A stretch of DNA of 64,000 nucleotides. Origin: Mobula hypostoma (taxonomy: Eukaryota). The stretch is from the NCBI RefSeq assembly GCF_963921235.1, contig NC_086124.1:23994001-24058000 (forward strand). Reading direction: 5' to 3'. Of the stretch, positions 23,831-38,900 are shown in pieces. Each line of letters starts with the position of its first letter. Position 1 is the first letter of the stretch. Below the pieces are notes generated by a model. That model saw nothing but the letters and a program-made list of their open reading frames with translations. It was not told where the DNA came from and searched no databases. The translations under genes and the position numbers were made by a program.

Positions 23831-26029
23831 CCAACCCCATTCCGGACATATGTCAGAGGTCCTGCATAACAGTGCTTTCAGCTTTGTCAAAGACCTTTCC
23901 CATCCTTCCCACAATCCCGTTGATCTCCTGCCGTCAGGGAGAATGTATCACTGCAGGAGGACCAGGACTGACAGGTTGAGTTATAGCTTCTTGCCCCGTG
24001 CTGTTAGACTTCTAACACCCTGCTGACACCCAGCATACAAGTACACCCTGTGTGAATCTCCTGGTCACTTTTCACCTTCAATTACTGGTATTTCACGTAC
24101 TGATACGACTACTTGTGTCATTATAATACAGCCAGTAACATTACGCTGTCTTACGTAAAGATGCAGCTCACACCTCATGGCAACCTGTCAGTGTTCAGGC
24201 CAGGCCAGTCGGAGCTGTGCTAATATCATTTTGTGACTGTACGTTCAGGCCTATGTCAGTCCCAGCTGTCTAGATACACAAGCCAGGGCAGTACGATCTG
24301 AAGAGCAAGTTGCTGCCCATCTGACAAGCTCCCCCTCTCCTCGCATCTGATGAACCCAAAGGAACGGCAGAGGCCGATACAGTTTGGTACCAGCAGTGTT
24401 GCAGGAGTTGCCAGTCAGTGTTGCCCTCAATGCCTGAGGGACTCCAGCTCCGGATTTTTCCATCGGGATTTACTCCCTAAGACTTCCCCGTGAGTGGGTA
24501 CGGCCGCAAGGCAGCGAAGGTTTGAGGTCAGAGTTTTCCTTTCTCTCAGACGAGCTGCCAACCACAGCTGGCGAGTTCCAGATGCCCAGAGCAATTGGTA
24601 CTAAGGCATCAGTAATCTGCCTTTGCTCTTTCTCCTGTCAGTAGAAACATTTCCGCGGGGCTTCGTAGCTAAACCACACATGAAGGTCAGGAGCTGGACT
24701 TGGTTGTCAGAGGCTATTTGAGGTGCACACCATCGGGAGCATCTAATGGGTGCTGGGAGCTTGTTCACATTGCCACACTCGGCTATAACAATCTTAAGTG
24801 ACTTTATGTGTTTTCCATCTTGGTCCCAGAGGAACGATCTTTCCTTTAGCTGTATATAGGTGTATGGTTGAATGACAGTAAACTTGAACTAGATCAAATA
24901 GAACGACGGCCTCTATTGTGAGGGACTTGGCATATGGAAGCACAGATGAATGTTTATAAGGATGTTGGTAAGACCATGAATGGTGTACTCTGTACAGTTC
25001 TGATCTTGGTCCTTAATGCAGAATATATTTTCAGGGTGAGTTCTGGAGATGAAGGGATTGATATATAAGGGATGGTATGAACAGTTAGGGTCTACACTTG
25101 AGAGAGAGAGAGAAAGACATCAAGGTTGTGCGTACTGTCATCTGTGTAGGTGCAATGAAAGCCATAGAACATATAACACAGCACAGGCCATTTGGCCCAC
25201 AACCTTTTAACCTCCTCCAAGATCAAACTAACCCTCCCTTCCTTCATAACCCTCTATTTTTTCTATCATCCATGTGCCTATCTGAGTCTCTTAAATGCCC
25301 CTAATGTATCTGCCTCTACCACCCCTGGCAGGGCATTTTGTGCATGTGCCACTCTGTGTAAAGAACTTGCCTCTGAAAAGCCCTTCTCCTTTCCTCCAAT
25401 CAGCTTAAAATTATGCCAATCTTAGTCAGTTCTGCTCTGGGAAAAAGTCTCTGCCTGTCCACTCGATCTATGCCTCTCATCCTCGTTCACTCTGAAGAGA
25501 AAATCCCCAGCTCGCTTGACTTATCCTCATTACACATGTCTCCTAGTCCAGGTAGTATCCTGCTGAATCTCCTCTGCACCCTCTCCTTCCACATCCTTCC
25601 TATAATGAGGTGACCAAAGCTGAATACACGTCGAAGAGGACCACAATCTTGTTGTACGGTTTAGAGCTGGAGAGGTATGTTGGCTGGAGTCCGGGCTTTA
25701 CGCTTTGGCTCTTGGTAGGGTCAGCCGTGCCATACAGCTCAGAGGGTAGAGGCCAGATTAAGAGTGGTTCACCAGTCCTCCAGGTTCAGGGGGTTCAGCT
25801 CAGGGCCAATAAACCTGAATGATCAAACAAAATTGTTATGCAAACAGCAACGAAGAATCCTTCTACATCTGAGTGTGACAGTATCCCTAAGGATTTGCAT
25901 GACTGACAGCAGTGAAAACTGTCAAATCAAATCATCAACAAGTGGGCTGGGCACTGCCCGTAAACGTCACCACACTGCCGGTGCCAGCATAACGTGAGCA
26001 TGACTCACTGACCCTAACCTGTACGTCAT

Positions 26030-26660
26030 TGGAATGTGGGAGGAATCTGGAGCACCCGGAGGAAACATCACCCAGAGGTGATATTGAGGCTCTATAAGGC
26101 ACTCGTGAGACCACACTTGGAGTATTGCGTGCAGTTTTGGGCTCCTTATTATAGAAAGAATATACTGACATTGGAAAGGGTTCAGAGAGGATTCACGAGA
26201 ATGATTCCAGGAATGAAAGGGTTACTGTATGAGGAACGTCTGGCAGCTTTTGGGCTGTATTCCCTGGAGTTCAGCAGAATGAGGGGGGATCTCATAGGAA
26301 CATTGCGAATGTTAAAAGGCCTGAACAGATTAGATATGGCAAAATTATTTCTCATGGTAGGGGATTCCAGGACAAGAGGGGACGATTTCAGGATTGACGG
26401 ACGTCCATTTAGAACTGAGATGTGGAGAAATTACTTTAGTCAGAGGGTGGTAAATCTGTGGAATTTTTTGCCATGAGCAGCTGTGGAAGCCAAGTCATTG
26501 GGTTCATTTAGGGCAGAGATAGATAGGTTCCTGATTAGCCAGGGCATCAAAGGGTATGGGGAGAAGGCAGGGAAGTGGAGATGACTGGTAGAATTGCATC
26601 AGCCCATGATAGAATGGTGGAGCAGACTCGATGGGCTGACTGGCCTACTTCTGTTCCTAT
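26030..26660 (+). mobile_element. CR1 LINE 3' portion
   Basis: ORF 26036-26476 (LYKALVRPHLEYCVQFWAPY..LERVQRGFTRMIPG..RMRGDLI) followed by the CR1 3' UTR. Confidence 0.9.
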
Positions 26661-29600
26661 ATCTTATGGTCTTACGGTCACGGGGAGAACATTCGAAGTC
26701 AGTCATCAAACATACAGACATCAGTGGGAATCGAACCCCGATCAATAATCACTGGCACTATAGAGCAATTGTGCTATCTGCTACGATATCGTGCAGTCCC
26801 TGATTATGTTAATTAGATAGTTTAGATTAAGCTTTGTTTGTAATATACACTTCTGCTGCTGAAAAAATTGATTTTGATGGTATTTATACTGATTGAGGCC
26901 CTCTGTTGGTCCAGGTTGACCACGGTGTCCTTGCTGTCTACATGATACGCAAGATGGTACACAACTCAGAGCAGTACGATACGGTGAGCAAGCCGTTGCC
27001 GACACAGCAGGTTCCCCCCTCTCCATGCTGCTGATGAAGCCAAAGGAATGACAGAGACCGATACAGTTTGGCACCAGCGGCATCGCAGTAGTTGTTGGTC
27101 AGTGTTGAACTCAACGTTGAACTGCCTTATCCGGCTCTGGATTTTTTCCTCGGGGTTCACTCCCAAAGCCTTCCCCATGGAAGGCAGCGGAGGTTTGAGA
27201 TCAGACTTCTCCTTCTCTTCGATGGAATGCCAACCACAGCTGATGAGCCCCATCTGCCTGAAGCGGTTGGTTTTAAGGGACCAATAACCCACCTTTCCCC
27301 TTTCCCCTGTTAGTAGAAATGGTTCTGCTGGGCTTAATAGCTAAGCCACATGTGAAGTTCCAGGAGCTGGACTTGGATGTCAGAGGCTATTTCAGCTGTA
27401 CATCATTGGGAACTCATTCCCACTACCTTCCCGGGCTTTAACAACCTTAAGGAACAGGTATTTATAAGCTGTGCATCTGTTCCCGTGACAATAAACTTGA
27501 ACAAGAGAGAATGAACAGCAGAGGGGGCTATAGGGCAATGCTTACTCCAGACATCTGTAAGGAATGGCAGATGAAGTTCAATTCAGATAAATGCAAGGTG
27601 TTACATTTTCATGGATCAAACCAGGACAGGGCATACACAGTGAACAGGCAAGTCCTGGTGAGTGTTGTAGACACTGTTCCCTCTCACCTGTATGGGTGTG
27701 CGACCATGCAGTAACTGAAATGCTCCCGTGCACATAGCCGTTGCTACTGCGCAGCTGAAATTTTCTTTAATATAATGTTAATATAATTTTGAAATATTGG
27801 CACCATTTTGAAATGATGCCAATGTAATTTTGGAATCTATGTTAATATAATTGAGAAATACCTTGTAATTAATTATGTTAATGAATAGAGTTTATTAATT
27901 TTCTAAATAATAAACATACCACAAAGTTTACTTTGAAACATTTTGGAGTTTCAATGCATTTACATTGTCAATGTTACAAGTTACAACACTGTTACAAATT
28001 GTAACAACAAACACAGAATGGAAGTCGGTAGCTCATTGTTAATAAACTGCCAGCCTGCTGAATGTTGATGCTGTAATATTCATATTAAAAAAACATTTAA
28101 AGTGCCAGGCAGTTTTCAGAGCAATGGTTAGTCCACACGGTGGTAAAAAGAATCAGAAGGAAGGTCAGTTGTAGAACAGAGAGACGAAGGTGTGTTGGTA
28201 CATAAAACCTAAAAGTGGCAACACAGACAGGGAGGTGAAGAAGGTGTTTGTACACTTGCCGTCATCGGAAGGGCACTGAATACAGGAGTTGGGATGTCAT
28301 GTTGCAGCTGTACAAAGACTTCAAAGACAAAGTAACAAAATACGTCTACTGTCGTGGGCTGGGTTGATCAGACCAAAGCTAATCGAGTATCCAGGAAATG
28401 TAAGAAGTAAACAAGCCTGACAAAGGAACTTAAGTCCAATTTATTATCAGAAAAATAGAAAGGCACAGAAAACACTCTGTACCAAGTCACAAAGATTCCA
28501 AGGCTCGCAATTCTTAGTCACCAGTTGATTGTTGTTGGGAGAACTGCGAACTCCAATTCACTCGTGAAACCTCCCTGGGTCGCAGGCATCGATCACGGTT
28601 TCCAGTCTAAAGAATCCAGGGCAAGGTGTTCCAGTAAACAGGAGATCCACAAACGTAGAGAGAGAGACACACAGAGACAGACAGATGCCTTGATTTTTTG
28701 CCCTCCTGTCATTAACCCAGCCTGGTTTCCTTCATTCATTAACATAGTGTTCAGCATACCTTCCTAATCAGTTAGACATTGTAATGGTCAGTCCTTATCC
28801 ATCAGTCCACCAAAGTTTAGGATTTAACGTTCCTTGAAATTACAGACGATTAGTGTATCTTAAATGCCCTGCCTCATCCCACTATAAATGCCCTGCACTA
28901 AATACCGTAATATACCTTTACATGCCTGAATGCCTCTAAATGCCTAACCGCCCTGTTTTTCATATCATCATCATCAGTCTGATGAGCCCCGAGCCCAGAC
29001 CCTCGTTTTGTGGCCACTGTCCTCAGCTCCCTGGGTAACTGAGCCATTTCCTCCAGCCAAGATTGCGCCGAGCTTCAATCTCTATCGAGGTCGTGGCTCA
29101 GACTGAAGTTGATTTTGTTAGGGTCGTATCAATGTTTTTGGTGACAGAGGGAGGTTTTACTGGTCAGGTTAGGATTTAGCGACAGGAATGTGGGGCAATT
29201 AGAGGTCAGGCCAGATCTGGGGCTTTACTCCATGAGCGAAGGCCACCGATGACGTGAATGAAGGACTTTCATGGATGGGCGTCCAGTTGGCAAACATGCT
29301 GGACAAAGACTAGCTGGTTCTCCTCCACACCCTAGGTCAGTCAGTTCGCTGTACAAGCAGTGGGATTGGATGTCCAGGTGGGCAGGAAGGATGAAGGCTG
29401 GTGACCCCTTAGCTACTCCAGTTAGCGTGTCTGGTGTTCAGGTCTCGTGCCATCGATGAGGCCGAGTTCGAGGACTGAAGTATCATCATTGTGCCCTATG
29501 GTCAAGGACTGAAGGTCGATCACAAGTCTGGAAATAGACACCTGATAGCCTCCGACACTGGGTCTCCAACAGACGCAGCCAGCCGGCCTTTCCTGGGTTT

Positions 29601-30929
29601 GGAGGACGGTCTGTGTGTGCGCGCCTGCATGGCGGGTCAGCGGGTGAGAGGGAGGTACAAGGTTTCTTTTGCTGTTGTTCTGCTGAACGTGGTGGGCAAG
29701 CTACGTAGGCGTTAGAATGTGTGGCAACACTGGCGGGCTGCACCCAACACAGCCTGTTGGTTGTTTCGATACACACACACCATATATCAATCAGTCTGAA
29801 TCTGGGGCCGTGGGACCCACTTCTGGAGCGAGCTGAGATTAAGATCTCAGAAGCCACTCTTGGAGTCTTCGGGAATTGCTACGCTGTGGGAGAGGGTAGA
29901 AATGGTGTGAAGGCGCAGCTTGGGAGGGGCACTGCCGAGGGTCCTCCACACTGAGGGAGGTGGGGAATGGTGCTGAGGGGTTGTGGCACTGTGAGATGGG
30001 CGGGAAATGTGGCACTGCTGAGCTCTGTCAGGAACGCCACACTGATGCAATCTTCTAGAGTAGACGCTGCAGGTTCACATCAGCAAGTCACGTCACAGTT
30101 GTATAAAACTTTGGATGGGGTGCACTTGGTTTAACTGTGTGCAGTTCAGGCAATCCCATTACAGGAAAGATGCGGAGGAGTGGAGGTCACAGATGAAATA
30201 GAACACATCACAGCAAAGAACAGGCCTTTCAGCCCACAATGGAATTTGGAAGGATCGGGGGAGGAATCTCATTGAAACCTTTCAAATGTTGAAAGGTCTG
30301 GACAGAGTAGATGTGGGAAGGATGTTTCCCATGGTAGGGAAAGTCTAGGACAAGAGGGCACAGCCTCAGGATAGAGGGGCGTCCATTTAAAACAGAGATG
30401 TGGTGAAATTTGTCGAATCTGTTAGCTGTGGAGGCCAGGTCGTTGGGTGCATTTAAGGAAGAGCTTGATAGGTTCTTGATTGGACACGGCATCAAAGATT
30501 ACGGGGAGTAGGGCTGAGTGGGGGGAGGAGGATCAGCCATGATTGAATGGCAGAGCAGACATGATGGGCCAAATGGCCTAATTCTGCCCCCATGTGTTAT
30601 GATCTTATATTATGCCCGGCTATTTACCTACTCTAAGATCAATCCAACCCTTCCCTCCCACATAGCCCTCCATTGTTCTATCATCCATTTGCTTGTCCAA
30701 GAGTTTCTTAAATGTCCCCAAAGTATGTGTGTCCACTACCACCCCGCTAATGCGTTCAGTGCACCCACTGCTCTCTGTGTGAAAAACCTACATCTGACAT
30801 CCCCTCTATACTTTCCTCTAATCTCCTTAAAATTATACCCCATCATATTAGCCATTTCCGCCCTGAGAAAAAGCCTCTGGCTGTCCACTCTATCGATGCC
30901 TCTTGTCGTCTTGCACACCTCTATCAGGT

Positions 30930-32170
30930 CACCTCTCATCCTCCTTTGCTGCGGAGAGAAAAGCCCCAGCTTGCTGAACCTGTCTTCATAAGACATGCTC
31001 TCTAATCCAGGCAGCATTCTGGTAAATCTTCTCTGCACCCTCTCTAAATGAAGTGGCCTGAACTGAACACGATACTTCAAGTGTGGTCTAACTGGAGTTG
31101 TGTGGAGATGAAACATTATCTGATGGATCTTAAACTCAGTCCTCCGACTGATGACGGCCAACACTCCTTATGCCTTCTTCACCATCCCGTCGGCTTGCTA
31201 CCGACTCTGAGGCATCTATGGGCTCCGTCTCTGTCCCTCCACACTGCTAAAAGTCCTAACATAAACTCTGCCTTCAAGTTCAACCTTACAAAGTGAGTCA
31301 TTTCACACTTTTCTGAGTGGAACTCTGAGGTGTCGGAGTTCAGTGAATCAGCGTTGACAGAGGCTTTGGAGAGGTTGCAGAAGCGGTTCACCAGGATCCT
31401 GCCTGGATTCAGGGCATGGGCGATAAGGAGGGGGTTGGACCAGCTAGTGTGGTTTTCTCTGGAGAGTCGGAGGATGAGTGGAGACCTGATAGAAGTTTGT
31501 AAGATATTGAGAGGCATCGGTAGGGGAGGCAGAGTCTTTCCCTTCAGTGTGGAAATGTCAAAGACTGAAGGACGGGCATTTAAGGTGAAAGGGGGCAGGG
31601 GGCAGAGAATGAAGAACAGACATGGAGCAAATTGTTTTACGCAGAGGTGGGTGTCGGAAACGGGCTGCGAGGGTTGGTGAAGGAGCCAGCCACCATAGTG
31701 GTGTTTAGAAGGCTTTTAGAAACAGAGCACAGCAGGACAGAAACTGGCCCTTTGGCCCACCTAGTCCATGCTGAACTGCTACTCTGCCTACTCCCATCGA
31801 CCCGCACCAGGACCACACCACTCCCGTCCATGTACTTATACAAACTTCTCTGAAATGTCGAAGTCAAAACCACATGCACCACTTCCACTGGCAGCTCGTT
31901 CCACAATCTCACCACCCCGTGAGTGAGAAAGTTCCCCCTCTCAGATTCCCCTTGAATATCCCATTTTTCACCCCGAACCCATGACCACTAGTTCTAGTCT
32001 CCCCCAACCTCAGTGGGAAAAGCCTGCTTGCACTTATCCTTTCTATACCCCTCGTAATTTTGTATACCTCTATCAAATCTCCCCTCATTCTCCTACGCTC
32101 CTGGGAATCAAATGCGACCCTGTTTAATCTTTCCCTCTAACTCAGGTCCTCTAGTCTCAACATCCTTGTA
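30930..32170. mobile_element. Cluster of CR1 fragments in mixed orientation
   Basis: ORFs 30736-31164, 31179-31517, 31330-31680 and 31637-31915 all carry CR1 ORF2 tail motifs. Confidence 0.75.
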
Positions 32171-32806
32171 AATTTCCTCTGTCAGGGGATTGAGGGAGAT
32201 AGCTGACGTGAATGCAGAGTGGATTCGATAGGATTTGATACTGTGTTCATCACAGACGTGCTGAGATGTACGGCTGTTCCTAAACTGTTACGTGCTCTAG
32301 CTCAGATATAAAACAGAGACTCCATTTGCTCTCTTGTTGGTTAGTATGACTGAATCTCCAAAATGTACCGGGACAGACATTCAGAGCTCAAAAACGAGGA
32401 ATGAAATCTTTTCCTGTCTTTTCCACTCTGCACGCTGGGAGTACCTCCAGGGACGTGCCAAAAGCCCTGTTTCCCACGTTGCAACACTTTGAAATTACTT
32501 AATTGCTCTGAAGCATTTTGGGACTTCCTAAGCTAAAAAAAAAAAAGCATCTCATGGTATCGCAAAGTTTATTTCTCACTGCTGACTTCTCTGTGTAGGT
32601 ACAGGAGCCTTAGTTGCCACACCACCAGGTTCAGGAACAGTAAGGACTTCAAGCATCAGGCTCCTAAACTGATGTGGCTAACTTCTCTCACCCCAACACT
32701 GAACAGATTCCACAACCCATGGACTCACTTTCAACTCATGTTCTCATTTTTGTTTATTTATTACAATTATTATTTGATTTCTTAATATTTGCACAACGGG
32801 CAAGAG

Positions 32807-33426
32807 GAGAAGATGGCGGCGCGACGCAGCGCGCACAGGTCTCCGGTGAAATGATATTGTATGTGTTAAATAGGGGCCGTGGACAATTCTGATTCGATGG
32901 AGGCAGACGTGAAAGCACAGAGGAACATCTGGAGAAATTTCTGAAACGCCGGTTCGCTGCCACTGTTACTGGGCGATCGAGAATCTTCCGGAGGGAAGGC
33001 CCCAAAGTCCCTAGCTTTGCCTGCTGCTGGCGACCGAGGCTGAGGTCGAATCATTCGGATAGAGATGGTGCTTGGTACTCGGTGACGGAGGGCTGATCGG
33101 AGGCTCGAAGTTTTCGGACGACTCAGAGTCGAACTGTGGTCGGGCATGGCAGGGAGAGTTTTCTTCCTTCTCCCATCTGCGTGAGATGTGGGACATTCGA
33201 GAGACTTTGAACTTTTACTGTGCCATGGCCTGTTCTTCAACAAGTTATGGTATTGTTGCACTGTTGTAACTATATGTTATAAATATGTGTTTTTTGTTAG
33301 TTTTTCCGTCTTGGTCTGTCCTGTGTTTTTGTGATATCACACCGGAGGAATATTGTATCATTTCTTAATGTATGCATTACTAAATGACAATAAAAGAGGA
33401 CTGCGTGTCTTCATAATCTAATCTAA
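32807..33426 (+). mobile_element. ~620-bp non-coding retroposon-like repeat with (aatct)n tail
   Basis: Starts gagaagatggcggcgcgacgcagc and ends gactgcgtgtcttcataatctaatct. A reverse-oriented family member lies at ~55335-55975. Confidence 0.7.
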
Positions 33427-35919
33427 AGTTTGTCTTTTCCACAAGGAGTATCAGCCATTGTGACTGGTTTTTCATTGATTCTATTGTATTTCTTTGTTCT
33501 ACTGTGAATATCTGCAGGAAAATGAATCTCAGGGTAGTATTTGGTGACATATACATGCTTTGTTAATAAATTTATTTTGAACTTTGGTCAGTACTTTACC
33601 CTGGGGAACTTTACTGTTATTCTAATGGAGTCAGAGAATCATGAGGTCAGAGAGACATAGTGCATAGAAACAAGCCATTTGGCTCAAATGGCCCATGCTG
33701 GTCAAGTTGCCCCATCCAAGTCAGTCACGTTTGCCAGCGTTTGGCCTGTAAGCTTCTAAACGTTTCCAATCCATTGACCTGTCCATCTGTCTTTTGGAAG
33801 TTGTTATTGCTCGTCCCTTATCCACTCCCTCTGGCAGCTCGTGCCACACATACTGTGTTCCACACTCTGTGTTGTAAAGTTTCCCGGCGAGTTCCTTTCA
33901 AATCCCTTGAGCCCATGCAATGTGTTTGGGTGGTGGGGAGGAGATGCGTCTCCACCAAAGGAGGTGTAGGGTTCTCCTTCCCTCCGCTAGCCTGAAGGTC
34001 ATCTTTGGGCAAGGTGTAGCACCTGCTGAGCCACCGCCCCCCCCCCCCCAATCAGGTGGTGGATGGCCGTACGAGCAGCTGGCGCAGATCACAAGATCGC
34101 TGACACCAGGCAGGCAATCTCTGAAGAGTATTGACAATGGCTGGGGTTACCTGTCTTGTAAAGACACTGCCCAGAAGGCAACAATGGCAAACCATTCCTG
34201 CAGAAAAATTTGCCAAGAACGATCAGGGTCTGTGATCGCCCACGTCATACAACAAGGTACGTATGATCAAGGTGGTGAAACCCATACACCGTCTGTTCTG
34301 AACCCCCCACCCCGGAAGAAAAAACTGAATGCATTTGCCTGAGCCGGCCCAACCTCTCTCCATAACTTAGACCTCAATATGCATCAGAATCAAGTCATTG
34401 GCCCATTGAGTCTGCTGTTCAGCACAAAGCATGCAAAGTGCTGGAGGAACCCAGCAGGTCAGCTCACAGTTGTGGAGGTGAGTAAACAGAAGATGCTTTG
34501 GGCTGAGACCCTTCATCGGGGCTGGAAAGGGAAGGGAGGAGAACCCAGCATAAGAAGGTCGTTGGAGGGGGTGGAATAGAAGCCGGCAGGTGGCAGGTGA
34601 GACCAGGTGGGGGGAAGGTGGTGGATGCAACTCAGCCCATCACAGGAAAATCCCTCCCCACCACTGAGCACATCTGCAAGGAGCGCATCCATCGTCAAGG
34701 ACCCCCGCCACACAGACCATGCTGTCTACTCACTGCTGCCATCGGGAAGGAGATACAGGAGCCTCAGGTCCCACACCGCCAGGTTCAGGAAGAGTTATTA
34801 CCTTTTAGCCATCAAGAACCATTGAGGATAACTTCACTCACCCCAACACTGAACTCATTCCAAAACCTATAGACTTACTTATGAGGACTAAACGACTGAT
34901 GTTCTCAGTGTTATTTACTTACTTTTTATTTGTACAATTTATCTTCTTTTGCACATTGGTTATTTGTCTGTCTTTGCTTATGTATAGTTTTTCTATTGTA
35001 TTTCTTCTCACTCCTGCGAATGCCTGCAAGAAAATGAGTCCGAGTATGATATCCCGTAACAAATGTGTACTTCGGTAATAAACTTACATTGAACTTTGAC
35101 CCGTCTCCAAATCTCGCCCCTGTCGTCCACAGACGCAGACCCAGGTGACACCAGCGCACCCGTTTACGATTACAACAGGGGTGATTGTTGCTGACGACAG
35201 CTCAGTGGGAACCTGGGCTTCTGACACGTTGCGCCAGGCGGCGCCCTCAGCTTCGAACGGCTACAATAAAGGATCCTTCAGTGACTCCCTCTCCTTTCCT
35301 CCACCTGAGGGAGCTGCGCGGAACTCTGTCAGCTGCCCGGCACACCGGACTCTGCGGTCTTGTCTCCACTAGGAGACTGATGGTGGTGTTCGGCTTCACT
35401 GGAACTCTACGGTCCTCCACCCCCTCCAATTCCACACCAAGCGGGGGCCTCAATTCACCTCTCTCTGGAAGGTAAAATATCTCATCCCTCAGAAATACCC
35501 CTTGTGTCCCAAATGAATGTGGAACATCACAGCACAGTGCAGACCATCCAGCCCACAATGTTGTACTACCGGTACAGGCCTTTTGGCCCACAATGTTGTG
35601 CTATCATTTTAACCAACTCTAAGATCAATCTAACCCTATCCTTCTATATAGCCATCCATTTTTCTATCATCTATTTGCCCATCTAAGTATCTCTTAAATG
35701 TCTAATGTACCTCCCTCTACCACCTCCCTTCGAAGTGCATTCCACCACCCACACCCCTCCGTATAAAAAAATCTACCCCTTACATCACCCCCTAAACTTT
35801 CCTCCAATCATCATCCAATGGATGTCCTCAAGTGCTGGCCGTTGTCCTGGGAAACTTCTCTGCCTCTTATCACCTTGTACATCTCTATCACATAACCATA
35901 TAACCATATAACAATTACA

Positions 35920-38900
35920 GCACAAAAACAGGCCGTCTCGGCCCTACTAGTCCGTGCCGAACTCTTACTCTCACCTAGTCCCACCGACCTGCACACAGCG
36001 CATAACCCTCCATTCCTTTCCTGTCCATGTATCCATCCAATTTAACTTTAAATGACAACATCGAACCTGCCGCAACCACTTCTGCTGGAAGCTCATTCCA
36101 CACAGCTACCACTCTCTGAGTAAAGAAATTCCTCCTCGTGGTACCTCTAAACTTTTGCCCTTTAACTCTCACCTCATATCCTCTTGTTTGAATCTCCCCC
36201 ACTCTCAATGGAAAAAGCCTATCCAGGTCAACTCTATCTATCCCCCTCATAATTTTAAAAACCTCTATCAAGTCTCCCTTCAACCTTCTACGCTCCAAAG
36301 AATAAAGACCCAACTTGTTCAACCTTTCTGTATAACTTAGGAGATGAAACCCAGGCAACATTTTAGTAAATCTCCTCTGTACTCTCTCAAATTTATTGAC
36401 ATCTTTCCTATAATTCAGTGACCAGAACTGTACACAATACTCCAAATCTGGCCTTACCAATGCCTTATACAATTTCAACATTACATCCCAACTCCTATAC
36501 TCAATGCTCTGATTAATAAAGGCCAGCATACCAAAAGCTTTCTTCACCACCCTATCCACATGAGATTCCACCTTCAGGGAACTATGCACCATTATTCCTA
36601 GATCCCTCTATTCTACTGCATTCTTCAATGCCCTACCATTTACCATGTATGTCCTATTTTGATTAGTCCTACCAAAATGCAGCACCTCACAATTATCAGC
36701 ATTAAACTCCATCTGCCATCTTTCAACCCACTCATCTAAGTGGTCTAAATCTCTCTGCAAGCTTTGAAAGCCTACTTCATTGTCTACAACTCCACCTATC
36801 TTAGTATCATCTGCATATTTACTAATCCAATTTACCACCCCATCATCCAGATCATTAATGTATATGACAAACAACACTGGACCCAGTGCAGATCCCTGAG
36901 GCACACCACTAGACACCGTCCTCCAATCTGACACACAGTTATCCACCCCTACTCTCTGGCATCTCCCATCCAGCCACTGCTGAATCCATTTTACTACTTC
37001 TATATTAATGCCTAACGATTGAACCTTCCTAACTACCCTTTTGTGTGGAACCTTGTCAAAGGCCTTACTGAAGTCCATATGGACAACATTCACTGCTTTA
37101 CCCTCGTCAACTTTCCTAGTAAACTCATCAAAATGTTCAATAAGATTTATCAAACATGACAAATCCATGTTGACTGTTCCTAATCAGACCCTGTCTATCC
37201 AGATAATTATATATACCACCTCTAAGAATACTTTCCATCAATTTACCCACCACTGACGTCAAACTCACAGGCCGATAATTGCTAGGTTTACTCTTAGAAC
37301 CCTTTTTAAACAATGGAACAACGTGAGCAATACGCCAATACTCCGGCACCATCCCCGTTTCTAATGACATTTGAAATATTTCTGTCAGAGCCCCTGCTAT
37401 TTCAACACTAACTTCCCTCAAGGTCCTTGGGAATATCTTGTCCGGACCCAGAGAATTATCCACTTTTATATTCCTTAAAAGCACCAGTACTTCCTCTTCT
37501 TTTTCAATCTTTTTATTAGTTTCAATATCAAACAGATTACAAAAAAGTAAGTACCTAATAATTGGGATTATATTAATTGATAATAATTATTGGAACTTAC
37601 AGTCAGGTAACACACGGTTGGTTAGACACATCGCAAAATCACACAGATTAGCAACAAAATATATAAGGAGTATACATAAAATATAAAAATATCGTAAAAA
37701 AACAGAAAAAGAAAAAAAAATCCCCGAAAAGAAAGAACTAATCTACCCAAACTAAAGAAAACGAAAGAAAAAAAGGGGGCTATTTTGATACCTCAGATAA
37801 AACCAATAGTGTCGCCACTTCTGCTCCTCTCCCCATATAATGAAATCACAAAATAGATTTGGCAAGGGTCAAATTACATCATGTGGAAGTATTGAATAAA
37901 TGGTCTCCAAGTCTCATCAAATTTAATAGATGGGTCAAAAATGACACTTCTAATTCTTTCAAGATTTAAACAAGATATAGTTTGAGAAAACCAATGAAAT
38001 GTAGTAGGAGGATTAATCACTTTCCAATTCAATAGTATGGATCTTCTAGCCATTAAAGTAACAAAGGCAATCATCCGACAAACTGAAGAGGTCAAATAAT
38101 GTTTCTCTATGATTGGTAAACCAAAAATGGCAGTAATAGGATGAGGCTGTAAATCAATATTCAAGACAGTGGAAATAATACCAAAAATGTCGTCCCAATA
38201 TTTCTTCAATAAAGGGCAAGACCAAAACATATGAGTTAATGAAGCTATCTCAGAATGACATCTATCACATACAGGGTTTATATGAGAGTAATAACGAGCT
38301 AATTTATCCTTAGACATATAAGCCCTATGTACAACTTTAAACTGTATCAACGCATGTTTAGCACAAATAGAGGACGAATTAACTAATTGGAAAATTTTTT
38401 GCCATTTCTCAGGAGGTAAGGTAAGCTTAAGTTCCCTTTCCCCGTCATTCTAAATTGTATTGAAAACATCTGGATTTATTTTCCTTATCATATTATAAAT
38501 AATTGCTATTGAACCTTTCTGAAAAAGGTTTAAATCCAATTTTTTTTCCAATATATCAGTGGAATATGAAATCGGAAAGGTAGTAAGTAAAGTATTTTAA
38601 AAGTTTCTAACCTGTAAATATCTAAAAAAAAATGTGATCTAGGTAAATTATATTTATTAGATAATTGTTCAAAAGACATAAAACAATTATCTGAAAATAA
38701 ATCAGAAAAACGTACTTCCACTTCTTTTATCATCATACTTTCCATAACTACCCTTCTTGTTACACAATTCCTTACACAATTCAATGTTCTTCTCCTTAGT
38801 GAACACCGAAGAAAAGAAATTGTTCAAAATCTCCCCCATCTCTTTTGGTTCCGCACATAGCTGTCCACTCTGATTCTCTAAGGGACCAATTTTATCCCTC

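Larger units (their letters stand above)
21111..30915 (+). repeat. Segmental duplication, copy B (longer, undeleted copy)
   Basis: See copy A. Contains two extra blocks (~22680-24740 and ~25215-26470) missing from A. Confidence 0.95.
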
